Assembly: GCA_903813345.2 (NCBI GenBank)
Contig: CAIIXF020000001.1
Location: 1,426,001 to 1,490,000 of the forward strand
Direction of reading: 5' to 3'
Source: Owenia fusiformis
Lineage: Eukaryota
Length of the DNA: 64,000 nucleotides
Numbering within the stretch: the stretch's first letter is position 1; every line of letters starts with the position of its first letter. The translations under genes were made by a program, and so were the position numbers. Shown here piece by piece: positions 50,302 to 62,219 of this stretch. The notes beneath the pieces were generated by a model, which worked only from the letters and a program-made list of their open reading frames with translations, was not told where the DNA came from and did no database searches.

Positions 50302-50408
50302 ATACATTCGAATTCACAAAATGCACATTTGGACGATTGGATATTGTGGCGAACAACGCTGGAATCTGCGATGAGGTCAACTGGGAAAAACAAATTTCCG
50401 TGAATCTA
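50302..50408 (+). CDS. HPGD: HPGD-like exon 3
   Basis: tttcag acceptor, GTAAGT donor; 107 nt; FGRLDIVANNAGI...NWEKQISVNL. Confidence 0.94.
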
Positions 50409-50763
50409 GTAAGTTTGCGTGTAGTTGAAGAGTTGTCTTATATCACTTTATTCAAATATTTTGTCTTTAATTTTATATTTTACTTTAAATGGATGAGAGA
50501 GGAAAAACTAAAATCACACATTTCTTAGGCCATTAACGCTCAGTAGCTCTTTTCGATTACAGGGCTGCTTTTTGTACCAAAATCTGATGCTTAAGATTCT
50601 CACAAATGATAGAATACTCATGTTTTTTGTAAATATGATATTGAGCTCTAGGAATTAATTATATATTTTCAAAATGTAATTCAAATGGTACTTCAAATGT
50701 AGAGACCAAAGCATAGCTTTATTTTATTTAAATACTATAGGAACATCTTATGGTTTTGAAAAA

Positions 50764-51035
50764 TAGTACAATAACGTCATTTCGAAGGGCAATATAGTGA
50801 AACATCGGACCAAGGTCCAATATTTCACTATATTGCCCGCAGAAATGACGTTATTATTAGTATTATTATTATTATCTAATTTCCCGGGGGAAATTGACGG
50901 TCATTAATTGCATCATTGACTGCCATTATGGACCGCCACTATGACGGCACATATTGCTCAGGTCGATAAAGTAAAATGAATGCCTTCTAACCTAGCACTA
51001 AAGCCCCTAGAACTGGCCCGGCAGGGTGGTTATAA
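50764..51035. mobile_element. Hairpin-headed element (same family as 44982-45322, opposite orientation)
   Basis: TAGTACAATAACGTCATTTC...GAAATGACGTTATT palindrome with the apex deleted; shared CCCCTAGAAC...CAGGGTGG end. Confidence 0.7.
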
Positions 51036-51559
51036 TAGGGGATATAGATCTTCAAGTACTTGACTGTAGTCCAGTCAAAGTAACATTTGACCCAAAAGTT
51101 TTCAATTCATATATGAAATGACATACTAAAATCTACCAAATTTAGTGGAACATGTAAAAAATCATTTCTGGTACCCCCTCACCTTGAAAAATAGACCCCC
51201 CCCCCCTCCCAAGGGGAAAATTATTTTTCAAATGTATGGAATATTTTGAAAGTAATTTTACAATTTCTTAATTGTAATAAGGTATCCCAATCTGTGTATC
51301 TCTTTAACTTTGGTATTAAGAGTGAATGAGAATTTTTTTATTCATTTATTTTTATTTCATTCATGTAATATAATTATTATCAAGTGTTACATTTACACAC
51401 AGATACCCATAGGGTGTATATCAGTGCATTATCAAAAATTGGAAAAAATCATAAAGGTGTACAATTTATATGAGTTGAGCATTAGGACATACAATTTATA
51501 ATAAATATGGATAAGATGTAGTTGCTTGAATAATGGTAAACTTGCATGATATATATCTT

Positions 51560-52490
51560 TTAAAGATAATTTATAATTAACGAATTTCTTTTGAATTGCA
51601 TCATTTTTTCTAATAATTTCCCCATATAATATTGCATGAAATGTGAGAATATATAAGAGAGTAATAGATATCTAGCAAAGCTGTCAAATTTAATTTGTAA
51701 CGTACTTTATAAAGTATACCTAGTGTTTTTGATATTTTTGAAATAATATAAGATATATGTTCATTCCAATTGAGTTTATTGTCTCCAAGAAAATTTGTTT
51801 TTTTCGACACGTTCAATACTATTTTCATCAATCATTAACTGGTATTGTGGATCATTGAGTTTAGCTTTTGATTTGGTAAAGATCATTTAGTTAGTTTTAT
51901 CAATGTTGAGTGAAAAATTATTGTTCTTGGACCAGTTAGATGTATTAATCATTTCATTATTTACAATTTTAAATAAATTTTCTAAGTTATCATCTCCGAG
52001 GAATATATTGATATCATCAGCAAAAATAACTACTTTGAAAATATCTGATACTTTAAAAAGATCGTTTGTGTATAGTATAAATAATACTGGTCCCAAGACA
52101 GAGACTTGAGGGACTCCAAAAGTTAAGGTTTCATTCTTGTCTGAATAGGTACCATCAATAAAAGTTTTCAAGGGACAATTTTTCAAATAACTTCTGAACC
52201 AATCATTAGCAACACCGCGAAAACCTAGCATTTATACTAGTTTAGTATGACCACTTGCATCAAATGCCTTAGAAAGGTCTAAATATAAGCCAAGTACATG
52301 TTTATTATTATCTAAAGCAAATCGTATTTGTTCGGAAAAAGTAAAAATAGCCATATTTGTTGAATGTTTTTCTTGAAAGCCAAACTGCCTCTCATGCATT
52401 AAATGATTAGTTTTAAGGAATGAAGAAAAACTTTATGCATTGCCTTTGATAGATGTTTAGAAAAAACATTCAATAAAGAAATTGGGGTAC
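51560..52490 (-). mobile_element. Degenerate CR1/L2-group LINE RT fragment in HPGD intron 3
   Basis: QFGF...ST, YLDLSKAFD, GVPQ.SVLGPVLFILY.ND, FADD, LNW.EHI; several frameshifts. Confidence 0.85.
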
Positions 52491-53359
52491 AACGGTCTTA
52501 TTTGAAATTTGTACTTTTCACATGTCAACTTATATTTAAAACTACTTGATTGAGTATTTGTCACCTCTGTGCCATTCATCAGGTTGGCGACATGTCAACT
52601 CAACCCGGGTAAACTCAGCCTCGGAAAAACTCAAACCTTAAAGTACATTTATACAATAGCACTTTGGCATACGACATTAAAAAAACTATTTCTCAAAATT
52701 CAATAAACCTATGATTTCAATATTACATAGGAATAATAAGTGAATGTTGGGCCATCTTTATAAATCATAGGACAGAAGGTTCCATTAATATAAAACACAC
52801 ATTCCAATTAGTATATGTGTAATTTGAGATAATTTTTCTGTTTTTATGGGTTTGTAAGGGTTAAAAAGAAGACCAGATAACTTTTTCTTTGTTAAAACAA
52901 TTTTATTATTTAAGAAAAACAATATCCAATCGTGGTCAAGCTGAATTATGTAAAAATAAGACCTCAATTGTTTTTAGTTATACACTCATAAATTGAAGGG
53001 GTGGGGAAGGGGGTATCTTTGATTCAATCTTTAAAATTGTTCCACTACTTCGATTTTGGTAGATTTTTAGTATGTATTTCAAGGTTAATCAATGTAAACA
53101 ACTAACGTAATTTGAAATCTATTGCAATTTGTTTTAAAGCTAAGCTTATTTTTTCATTAGTTTGACTGGTCGGGCCGTTTGTGTTTTCTATAATACGAAT
53201 GGCGCAATACATTAAGACCATAAAACGAGGGCGAAGATGTACATAAATAAAAAGGGTATTGCAGAAGTAATGAATTTGAAAAAATCGAAACAACACAATG
53301 TCACTTTCGAAACCATCTAGATTCTAGTATCACTTTTGAAACTTGATAAACATTATTAA

Positions 53360-53502
53360 TGCCTTGGTCACATTTGCTCCGATTTTCACTACGGCGCCCG
53401 GCCGATTGAGTATTTTGTTCAAAATTGAATTATACAGTATTGAGCAAAACACTCAATCGGCCGGGCACCGGCCGATAGATCGGAGCAAATGTGACCCAGG
53501 CA
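53360..53502. mobile_element. ~140-bp PIF/Harbinger-like MITE, copy 1
   Basis: TGCCTTGGTCACATTTGCTCCGAT...ATCGGAGCAAATGTGACCCAGGCA, TAA/TTA flanks, almost fully palindromic. Confidence 0.85.
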
Positions 53503-53537
53503 TTAGATAATACATACTTGACCATTAATTTTGGCAG

Positions 53538-53634
53538 TCGGCCATTATTAGAGGGACCTATCTTGGGTTGGACTATATGAGGAAGGACAACGGCGGAAAT
53601 GGAGGGGTCATAATCAACATAGCTTCAATGACAG
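53538..53634 (+). CDS. HPGD: HPGD-like exon 4
   Basis: 97 nt; [32 protein letters not shown] with the catalytic Ser; GTACGT donor. Confidence 0.94.
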
Positions 53635-54807
53635 GTACGTTATATACAGTGTGTACATGTATGTATCTCATACTTGAGTGGGTTTGGAGATTATATATCA
53701 TATCTGAGGAATGGGCAAGATATATTGTATATGCCCCGCTCCAGGCCAAATGCCGCCAGATATAATATATCCATCCCGCTCCCGGGGATTTTTTGAAAGT
53801 TTAAAAGAGTTAAAAGTTTTAAATTCTAAATATCTAAAATTTAAGAAAAAGTTTAACTGTTACAATTTCATAGTATTGAACTAAAGGAATATTTCGAAAA
53901 TGTTAAATTTAAATTGTACTTTTACTATAGGCCTATCATGTCATTTGAAAAAGGTGGAAATGTTATATCTACCCCAAATCACTCTAGTATGAGATAGAAC
54001 AGTTATGTACGGTCGGTTTTGGATATAGGTTATATCCCTCAGCGAAATATTTATTTCTCCCCTTGGCCCCCATCGGTCCCTCGGGGAGTAACACTTATGT
54101 ATTGTGCGTACCATCTGCATTTTCTTTTCTTTTTTTGATTGAAAGCATATGTATGAGAAAACATTTGTGAGAGTTATCAACGAGATATCAAGGGGGGTCA
54201 AAGGCCACTCATTTGACAATAGTTCTCGACGTATTTCAATACCAGTTAATTATCCTTATTGACCACCACATATAGCCTATAGTCGTTCAGGACCATGAAT
54301 CAGAACAGATAATCACATGGCTTTTGTTATCACTGACCAATCAAAGTACTGTACTCCCAATTAATTTCGCGAGTTTTGATTTTTTTAAATACCGAGAGAC
54401 AGTAAATTATTTGTCTCCCTTTCGCCATATATAAAATTGATTGAGGCACAAACCTGGGGGCACAATATACCATTCACTATAGTTTGACTCTATGCTCGGC
54501 TTAGCACTCGCCATGTGCTTGTTGTACTATTGGTCAAATATCTATAACACTGTCGTGGTAGTAATAATATTATAAAATATTAATTTCCAGTATCGCCTGT
54601 TCCCAAAATGACCTTTCAGCACCTCATTTCGTTTGGCATAAGTTGAAGAGTCGTAAGAATTTTGAATTATTTTACAGAAATCATAGCCATACGCTTTCAA
54701 TTGGTATACGAAAGCAGGAACCCGAAAGATGGTATGATGCTCAATGCAGTAATTGCACAAATCGAAGAATATATATATATGAGAATTATTGATCATTGAA
54801 ATTGCAG

Positions 54808-54884
54808 GTCTGATACCATTATTCACCATACCAGTGTACACTGCCACCAAACATGGCGTCGTGGGATTCTCTCGGGCGATAGGG
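54808..54884 (+). CDS. HPGD: HPGD-like exon 5
   Basis: 77 nt; LIPLFTIPVYTATKHGVVGFSRAIG with catalytic YxxxK; GTAAGA donor. Confidence 0.94.
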
Positions 54885-55351
54885 GTAAGATGCATTTTCA
54901 TCAATATTTTACTCGATTTGGCCTCATATCGATGAGTAGTTTTAATAGTTATAGTGGCGGCGTGGTACAAACTTGAATGGGGTGTAAAAGGGGTAAAATC
55001 AGATTTCCCTGAATATTGTCATGTCACAATCTATGAAACGAATAAATATCAATTAAGCCTTTCTCTTCTCTGTCTTTCTGCTTTAATTTAACATATTGAC
55101 TGTATGAACTGCGTGGACACATTGTCGCCACAAGGTGAACTGAACTTGAATAGCGATACTTGAACGAAACTAAAGACAGAATGAAGACGAGATGGGCGGA
55201 TTGAAGACTGTATGAATGGACTTGCATTTAAGGCCTGTCACATCAACATAGTTTCCATTAGCTTTATAATTATTCGCGAACATTTTGGACGCCGCGGTGT
55301 TGTCTTAAATGTTGATCTCTATTTTTCGTTTTACCTGTATTTTCCTTTCAG

Positions 55352-55497
55352 ACCGATGCCAGATTTTCTGAACAACAAGTCAGGTGTAATGTATTATGTC
55401 CAAGTTTCACATATACCAATATACTCAAATATTTCGACAATGATGGTGAATTAAATGCCGTCTCACGAGCCATGATTTCTGCTGCAGATATTTTAGA
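55352..55497 (+). CDS. HPGD: HPGD-like exon 6
   Basis: polypyrimidine tract plus cag acceptor; 146 nt; VRCNVLCPSFTYTNIL; GTTAGT donor in phase 2. Confidence 0.88.
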
Positions 55498-55739
55498 GTT
55501 AGTATGCTTACAAAGCCTCATATTATTTGAATGTCCTTACCACTGTCTCATATTTACGATAGTGTGGGATTTGTATTTTGTATCTCGTCAAAGGCAGGGA
55601 GACAGAGACTACATATCAATACTGAATGCAACGTTGTCGTTTTGTACTTTGATTTTAAGAATTCAAGTATTGCAATGACTAATTCAGAAGAAACCAACCC
55701 TTGTTTTGAACAGTATACTGATTTCGTAATTCCTTGTAG

Positions 55740-55896
55740 ACCCTCCACGGTTGCTAGGGGGTTCCTAAGACTGGTAGAAGATGACACATTGAATGGTGAA
55801 GTAATGAGGGTTACACCACATAAAGGTATTGACATCAAGTTATACCCACGTGCAGAGACTTTGAGATTGCCACCAGAGCTGATCAGCAAACTATAG
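55740..55896 (+). CDS. HPGD: HPGD-like exon 7 (terminal, ends -SKL)
   Basis: PSTVARGFLRLVEDDTLNGEVMRVT...ELISKL-stop; total 792 nt = 263 aa plus stop. Confidence 0.92.
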
Positions 55897-55910
55897 ACAA
55901 CACTGTGTGA

Positions 55911-55916
55911 AATAAA
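55911..55916 (+). promoter_or_regulatory. Candidate polyadenylation signal of the HPGD-like gene
   Basis: AATAAA starting 15 nt after the stop codon. Confidence 0.45.
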
Positions 55917-56609
55917 GTAAATACCACTAAATCCCGCAAACCGTTAGTTGGTTATTAAACCCGAAAATCGCTTTAATGAACATTAATGGACACGTTTGTA
56001 TTTATACGTTTATATCTATTCGGTTATTTATGCGTATTTACCCGATTTATCAAAATATCATCGATGAGTTGGGTTATTCACTGCTTATTTCAACCATGCA
56101 ACAATACCTCGTGGTATTTATCTGATTTAGGGAATTCACTTAAATCCTTTTAATACCCCATTGGTTATTTATGATATATTTCGGTAAATAACCATTAATA
56201 AAGTACAAGCGTATCAGTAGGTAGCAGTATCAGATTACAAGCGTCAGTCGGATGTCTAAGTAGGTCACAATGCTAATGTATGATACAGTCATATGAAGAT
56301 TTGAAATAGTTTCAGTTAAGATGGGGAGACGTTTTGTCTTGTTTTTCAGTTCCGAAAACGGTCATACACATAATATCAAACATTTAACATTACCACTTTA
56401 TAACCACACCATTCGTGCTTCGAAATCCGATGCTATGAAATATTTGAGGAATGATGTATACATGGAATTTATCTTCATCTTCTCCGTAAACAGTAAGTAT
56501 TACCATTTTATAAATCTGGACATTATAAATAAACCGTCTACAAAAAGTCGATTGCAGTTTGATGCTTCATTTGTATTTAGTTTAGTTTTATTCATGTATT
56601 AAGTTTGCT

Positions 56610-58030
56610 GGTACGATCCCGTGGCAATACGTAGGTACAATCCTGTGGCAATAAGTAGGTACAATCTTGTGGCAATTAGAAGGTACAAACCTACGGCAGC
56701 AAGTAGGTATAATCTTGTGGCAATAAGGAGGTACAAACCTATGACAATAAGAAGGTACAAACCAGTAAGTAGACAGTACGTAGATAAAATCTAAGAAGGT
56801 AATAAGAAGGAGAAGAAGCAATAAGAAGGTACAAACCTGTGGCAGTAAGTAGGAACAATCCCCTGGCAGTAAGTAGATACAATGTTGTGGCAGTAAGTTG
56901 GTACAAACCTGTGGCAATAAGTAGGTACAATCCTGTGGCTATACGTAGGTACAATCCTGTGGCTATACATAGGTACAATTCCTGTGGCTATACGTAGGTA
57001 CAATCCTGTGGCTATTCGTAGTCACAATCCTGTGGCTATACGTAGGTACAATTCTGTGGCTATACGTAGGTACAATCCTGTGGCAATAAGTAGGTACAAT
57101 CATGTGGCTATACGTAGGTACAATCCTGTGGCTATACGTAGGTACAATCTTGTGGCTATTCGTAGGTACAATCCTGTGACTATACGTAGGTACAATCCTG
57201 TGGCTATACGTAGGTTCAATCCTGTGGCTATACGTAGGTACAATCCTGTGGCTATACGTAGGTACAATTCTGTGGCAATAAGTAGGTACAATCCTGTGGC
57301 TATACGTAGGTACAATCCTGTGGCTATACGTAGGTACAATGCTGTGTCTATACGTAGGTACACTCCTGTGGCTATACGTAGGTACAATCCTGTGGCCAGA
57401 CGTAGGTACAATCCTTTGGCTATACGTAGGTACAATCCTGTGGCTATTCGTAGGTACAATCCTGTGGCTATACGTAGGTACAATCCTGTGGCTATACGTA
57501 GGTACAATGCTGTGGCTATACGTAGGTACAATCTTGTGGCTATTCGTAGGTACAATCCTGTGACTTTACGTAGGTACAATCCTATGGCAATAAGTAGGTA
57601 CAATCCTGTAGCTATACGTAGGTACACTCCTGTGGCAATTAGAAGGTACACTTATGACTGTAAGTAGGTACAGCCATGAGGCAGTAAGTAGGTACAATCC
57701 TGTGGCAGGAAGTAGGTAAATATTATGTGGCCGTAAGTAGGTACAACCCTGTGGCAATAAGTAGGTACAAACCTGTGGTAATAAGTAGGTACAAACCTGT
57801 GGCAATAAGTAGGTACAATCTTGTGGCAATAAGAAGGTACAATTCTACGGCAATTAATAAGTAGGTCAATAAGAATGTACAGTCCTGTGACTACATTTTA
57901 TTGTAACGTTATTGCTATGCAAGCTTAAAGGTAAGGTACAATCTTGTGGTAATTATGTGGCATTAAGTACGTACAATTCTATGGCAACAAGTAGGTGCAC
58001 ACCTGTGTCAATAAATATTTACAATCCTGT
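56610..58030. repeat. 24-bp minisatellite, roughly 55 units
   Basis: Unit GTAGGTACAATCCTGTGGCTATAC; homogeneous core ~56925-57640, diverged flanks of type GTAGGTACAAACCTGTGGCAATAA. Confidence 0.95.
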
Positions 58031-60075
58031 GACTACATTTTATTGTAACGTTATTGCTATGCAAGCTTTTCCCCTTAGTTCAAGCATTTTATATAACTAT
58101 TAACCACCCATTTCATTACAGGGGTGGTAGTAGCTTCATTTTTGCCGATGCTCATGTAACGTATGCATTTTATTGTTTTAGACTTAACTATAGAGGGAAG
58201 ATGGTCAGTAAATGAGACATATGTGGAGTATTGGAGGAACAACCGAAATAGTGTCTGACGAGGAGTTCGAAAGTGAGACAAAGCCGGTCAACTTGAGAAC
58301 TCCACGATGGAGAACAGAAGGCTTTAATCAAGATCCTAGATAAAAGGATTCAGGACCGTAAACTTGGAGATTACGTCCATGCAGTCATGAGAGACCCTCT
58401 GATAGATCAAAGAACTGTTAAACGAAATACTCTGGTGTGGCCAAGTAGAGGAGAACGGACCGTTTGAATGAGAGACATGAAACTCAGGGAATTTGATTAC
58501 CTTAGCTTCATTATGGGTAAAATATTAACGTTAAGCAATAGTATTTATTGTTTTATTTATTTATTAACTGTGTTACGGGTTGCTCCTACTTTTAGTCACC
58601 CTGTAGTTAACGATATAATGAAGAGGTTTGGATTCAGTGAATCTGTAGATTCATAGTATAATTTTACATCATTCATATACAACATAATATGGACTGTAAA
58701 TGCCTGATTATATGTCCGGCCTATATGTCAATTAAAGCTTAATTAATGTAAAATCATGATATAGATTATTAATAAAGCTATTAAAAATAAATTGTACATT
58801 TTTGCCACATTTATGAAAGTGAAGCTAGGTCATATCGCATTAATATGCTTCAATATTATAACCAGGACAGAGTATATACCTCAGCGCCCCCCCCATCCAT
58901 TAAGAAATCCTGTTTTTATGCTATTAGTACCCTTAAATAAGCAATCTAAGCCAAAGTGATGATCGGACTAATAATTTGAAAATACCTCATAATCTAGCGC
59001 AAATGCGTTCAGGTATTTATATCATTGATCCAATAGCGTGACGAAACTGGGGCTAAATGACCATTGATACTCAATAAATCCAATCAGAGTATCAACATTA
59101 CGTTATAAATACCATAAATACTCATTGGTATCAAATAAGATGGATGACGTAACTCGGGTCAGATGGCATTAATACCCAAATGGATACCCCTGTGTATTTA
59201 CATGACATGATAAATACACGCTAATAAACTACAAATACATTCCAAGCAGTAAATAAATACATCATAAATAACCAACACTATTCATGGGTTATTTGAAAAA
59301 CGGTATATGACTTAAATACCTAGTTGGTATTTAGTGATATCTATCTAAACGAAGGTCAACTATTTACGGTGATTGTTGAATTATTTTTCTTAATAATCGC
59401 TAAATAGTTTATAAATCCCATGGAGATTTAATTGCTTTTGACGCAGTGCAAACGAGTGATTACATTAAACTAGATGTCACTACATTCTTGAAAAGTATTG
59501 CCAAACAGGCTGAAACTGTATGCGAATGGATTTGAAGTATTTTGAACGATTTACAATATCTTATGAAGTTTATGGACTTGCTCATGTGATCCATAACTTC
59601 TGACCTCATCCCGCAATCAGACCGAGTGACAGGTAATCAAAAGGATCACGTACATGTAGTATATCGCGAACCATGTTGGACTGTTTTATTTTTGACTAGG
59701 AGTATTGTTAGACACATTCTTCTTTTTACATTTAAACAATATGTTATCATCAACTTAAGCACAAAAAATAATGATATTATCGTTTTGGATTATACCAATA
59801 GATATTGGATTTGTAGGCCATCTCCTCATCGTGCGCAATTTCCAGTTTCCAGTTGCGCACGGTCACTTAGTTTGAAGTTTCATGTTTTGCCCATTTTTGT
59901 CTTTTGTAGGTCTGAATCACAACCCCAAATAAACAGAAAATCTAAACAATTCGATTGCTGATCAAAATTACAATATCTTGGAGAGCACTATTCTACTTCT
60001 ATCTTTCAGTCAAAAAGTTATACTTTGGATTATATAACAAAACACAAATACAAATAATGATTCAATTCAATTAAA

Positions 60076-60737
60076 TTAAATGTTGTCGACTGAATAAATC
60101 GCGGCTATTTCAGAAGAACTTAATTCTGCGTCGTAGAAACGGAATTCATCCAGCATTCCCTTGCCATATTTTCCGTTATGATTATTGGGTGTTCCTAATT
60201 TAAAATTGTTGTATGAAGTTGGCGAAGAGGTTTTAGAATATGAAGCAGTATTTGTGGCTTCAAGCACGCCATTGATGTATACATTCTGCCCGCCAGTCGC
60301 CCTCCACGTGACACTGACGTGATACCACGTGTTGACAGCAATATTGTTCAATTCCGTCGCCCATTGTTCATTTGCTGGTGTTGAGTGATAGAAACCCAAG
60401 GTATTGTCCAGATTAAAACGCACCGCTACCCCATGACTAGCTGCGCCGTTAGGTTGCCCTCCCGTCGATATATAGTAATACGTTGCAGATAAGGTCGTCG
60501 CGTGATAAAACCAAAATACCATTGTGTGTCCACTGGCACAATTGCCAAGATCTCCCAGGCAAGTACCACGCTGATTTCCAAAGTCGATCCGCTGGCCAGT
60601 TCCGCTGAAGGACACGGCGTTTCCTACCTTGCCTGATACGAAAGCAGGAGAAGACTGGAGAGTTCCAATGATTGTACCAACGGTTGACATGATTGTTGTT
60701 CCACTTACAGAATCAGCATCAAAGGTGATGTGCACAT
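60076..60737 (-). CDS. Terminal exon encoding a LamG/concanavalin-A-like (pentraxin-type) domain
   Basis: ttccag acceptor in phase 1; GKVGNAVSF, CLGDLGNC..G.T..FW, WYHVSVTW, VYING, LDEFRFYD..LS..EI motifs; stop TAA. Confidence 0.88.
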
Positions 60738-60773
60738 CTGGAACTACGATGAAAAGAAATACTTAATAGCTTA

Positions 60774-60913
60774 TGCCTTGGTCACATTTGCTCCGATTTT
60801 CACTAAGGCGCCCGGCCGATTGAGTATTTTGTTCAAAATTGAATACAATATTGAACAAAACACTCAATCGGCCGGGCGCCGGCCGATGGATCGGAGCAAA
60901 TGTGACCCAGGCA
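60774..60913. mobile_element. ~140-bp PIF/Harbinger-like MITE, copy 2
   Basis: Near-identical to 53360-53502; TTA on both flanks. Confidence 0.85.
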
Positions 60914-61189
60914 TTAGTGATCGTTGTAAAAAATTGTATCTTCAAGATTTTAATTTAAACTTATGTATATAATATTTATTTTATCTAAATATTGGCTTTA
61001 TCGGCTAGACTATCTTTTTTATGTTCATTTATTTTTGGTTCACTATTATTTGGTAGAATTTTTCTTAAAGATTGCAGACAGACTGCTGACATGAATTAAA
61101 ATTGTTGGTTGGATAGGCTTAATATAAAAATGATTTACCCTAAAATAATATTTTGTCATCAAACTATTTAAACGATAAAGCTAGGATAC

Positions 61190-61579
61190 CTGGGAGAGTC
61201 AGACTAGACGAAGTGGTTATTTCCTGAGTGGTCGGGAATTCAGTGGACGCCGCTGTAGTAACTGCGTCGGTGGTCGGGAATTCAGTGGACGTCGCTAGGG
61301 TAACTGAGTCAGTGGTCGGGATTTCAGTGGACGTTGCTGAAGTAACTAAGTCAGTGGTCGGGGATTCAGAAAACGTCGCTGTGGTTACTGAGTCAGTGGT
61401 CGGGAATCCAGTGGACGTCGCTATAGTAACTGGGTCAGTGGTCGGGGATTCAGTACACGTCGCTGTTGTAGCTGAGTCAGTGGTCAGGGATTCTGTGGAC
61501 GTTGCTGTGGTAACTAAGTCAGTGGTCGGGGATTCAGTGGACGTCGCCAAAGCTGCATCTGATGTTGTGGTAACAGAAT
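61190..61579 (-). CDS. Thr/Ser-rich mucin-like exon with eight 14-aa (42-bp) repeats, spliced to the LamG exon
   Basis: ttgtag acceptor and GTATCC donor; 390 nt, phase 1 to 1; repeat unit ATSTESPTTDxVTT; the 5' exons of the gene were not found in the window. Confidence 0.82.
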
Positions 61580-62219
61580 CTACAAGAGTTAGAATTGATA
61601 GTTTTACAAGTACAATATCGATAACAACAGGAACTTGTGATTAGCGTTTCTTCCTGAATTCCCAGACACGACTGCTATTTTCATCATTTCTTTGATGCTC
61701 TAGCAGGATACATTACACCTTCACTCATTTAACAGTCAATATATTGATACGAAAATGTAGGTTGCATAACTTTCCTTTCTACATTACAAATTCTGGAACA
61801 ATTTAATATTTTCATTGATGCTGCGTTTTAGGATAAAAACTTATAGAAGCATAAAGCGTCAGATGTAGAAATTTTAGGTCTGCTATTTTCAAAAAACTGT
61901 CAAATCAATAATACTTTGACAATAACTTTTATAGCTATAAGCATTTTGTCTCCTTTGAATTTTTGACGTGTTTTAAGTTGAATCTGTTTAGTTAACGGCA
62001 TAATTATTATAATAATACCGTAATTTCGAATTATCGCGTTAATCATGACGTTTACTTATAACATTGTACCCCAGGTATGAACAACTGATAAGGGCGTTAC
62101 AAACAAAAACCAATTTTGAAATCAATTTCTAGAAGTAAACAGGATGTGAATGGCAAGTATCCACCGTGATAGCGAATTATGAAAATTATGAAAACACGTT
62201 TTTGACCTTTCTAAAGATA

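Noticed and set aside
54542-54970. 142-aa minus-strand ORF
   Set aside because: Overlaps HPGD exon 5 in antisense and has no protein motifs
56984-57667. 227-aa and 183-aa repetitive ORFs
   Set aside because: By-product of a stop-free 24-bp unit; open on both strands with no splice or start context
61228-61644. Val-rich plus-strand ORF
   Set aside because: Antisense shadow of the Thr-rich exon
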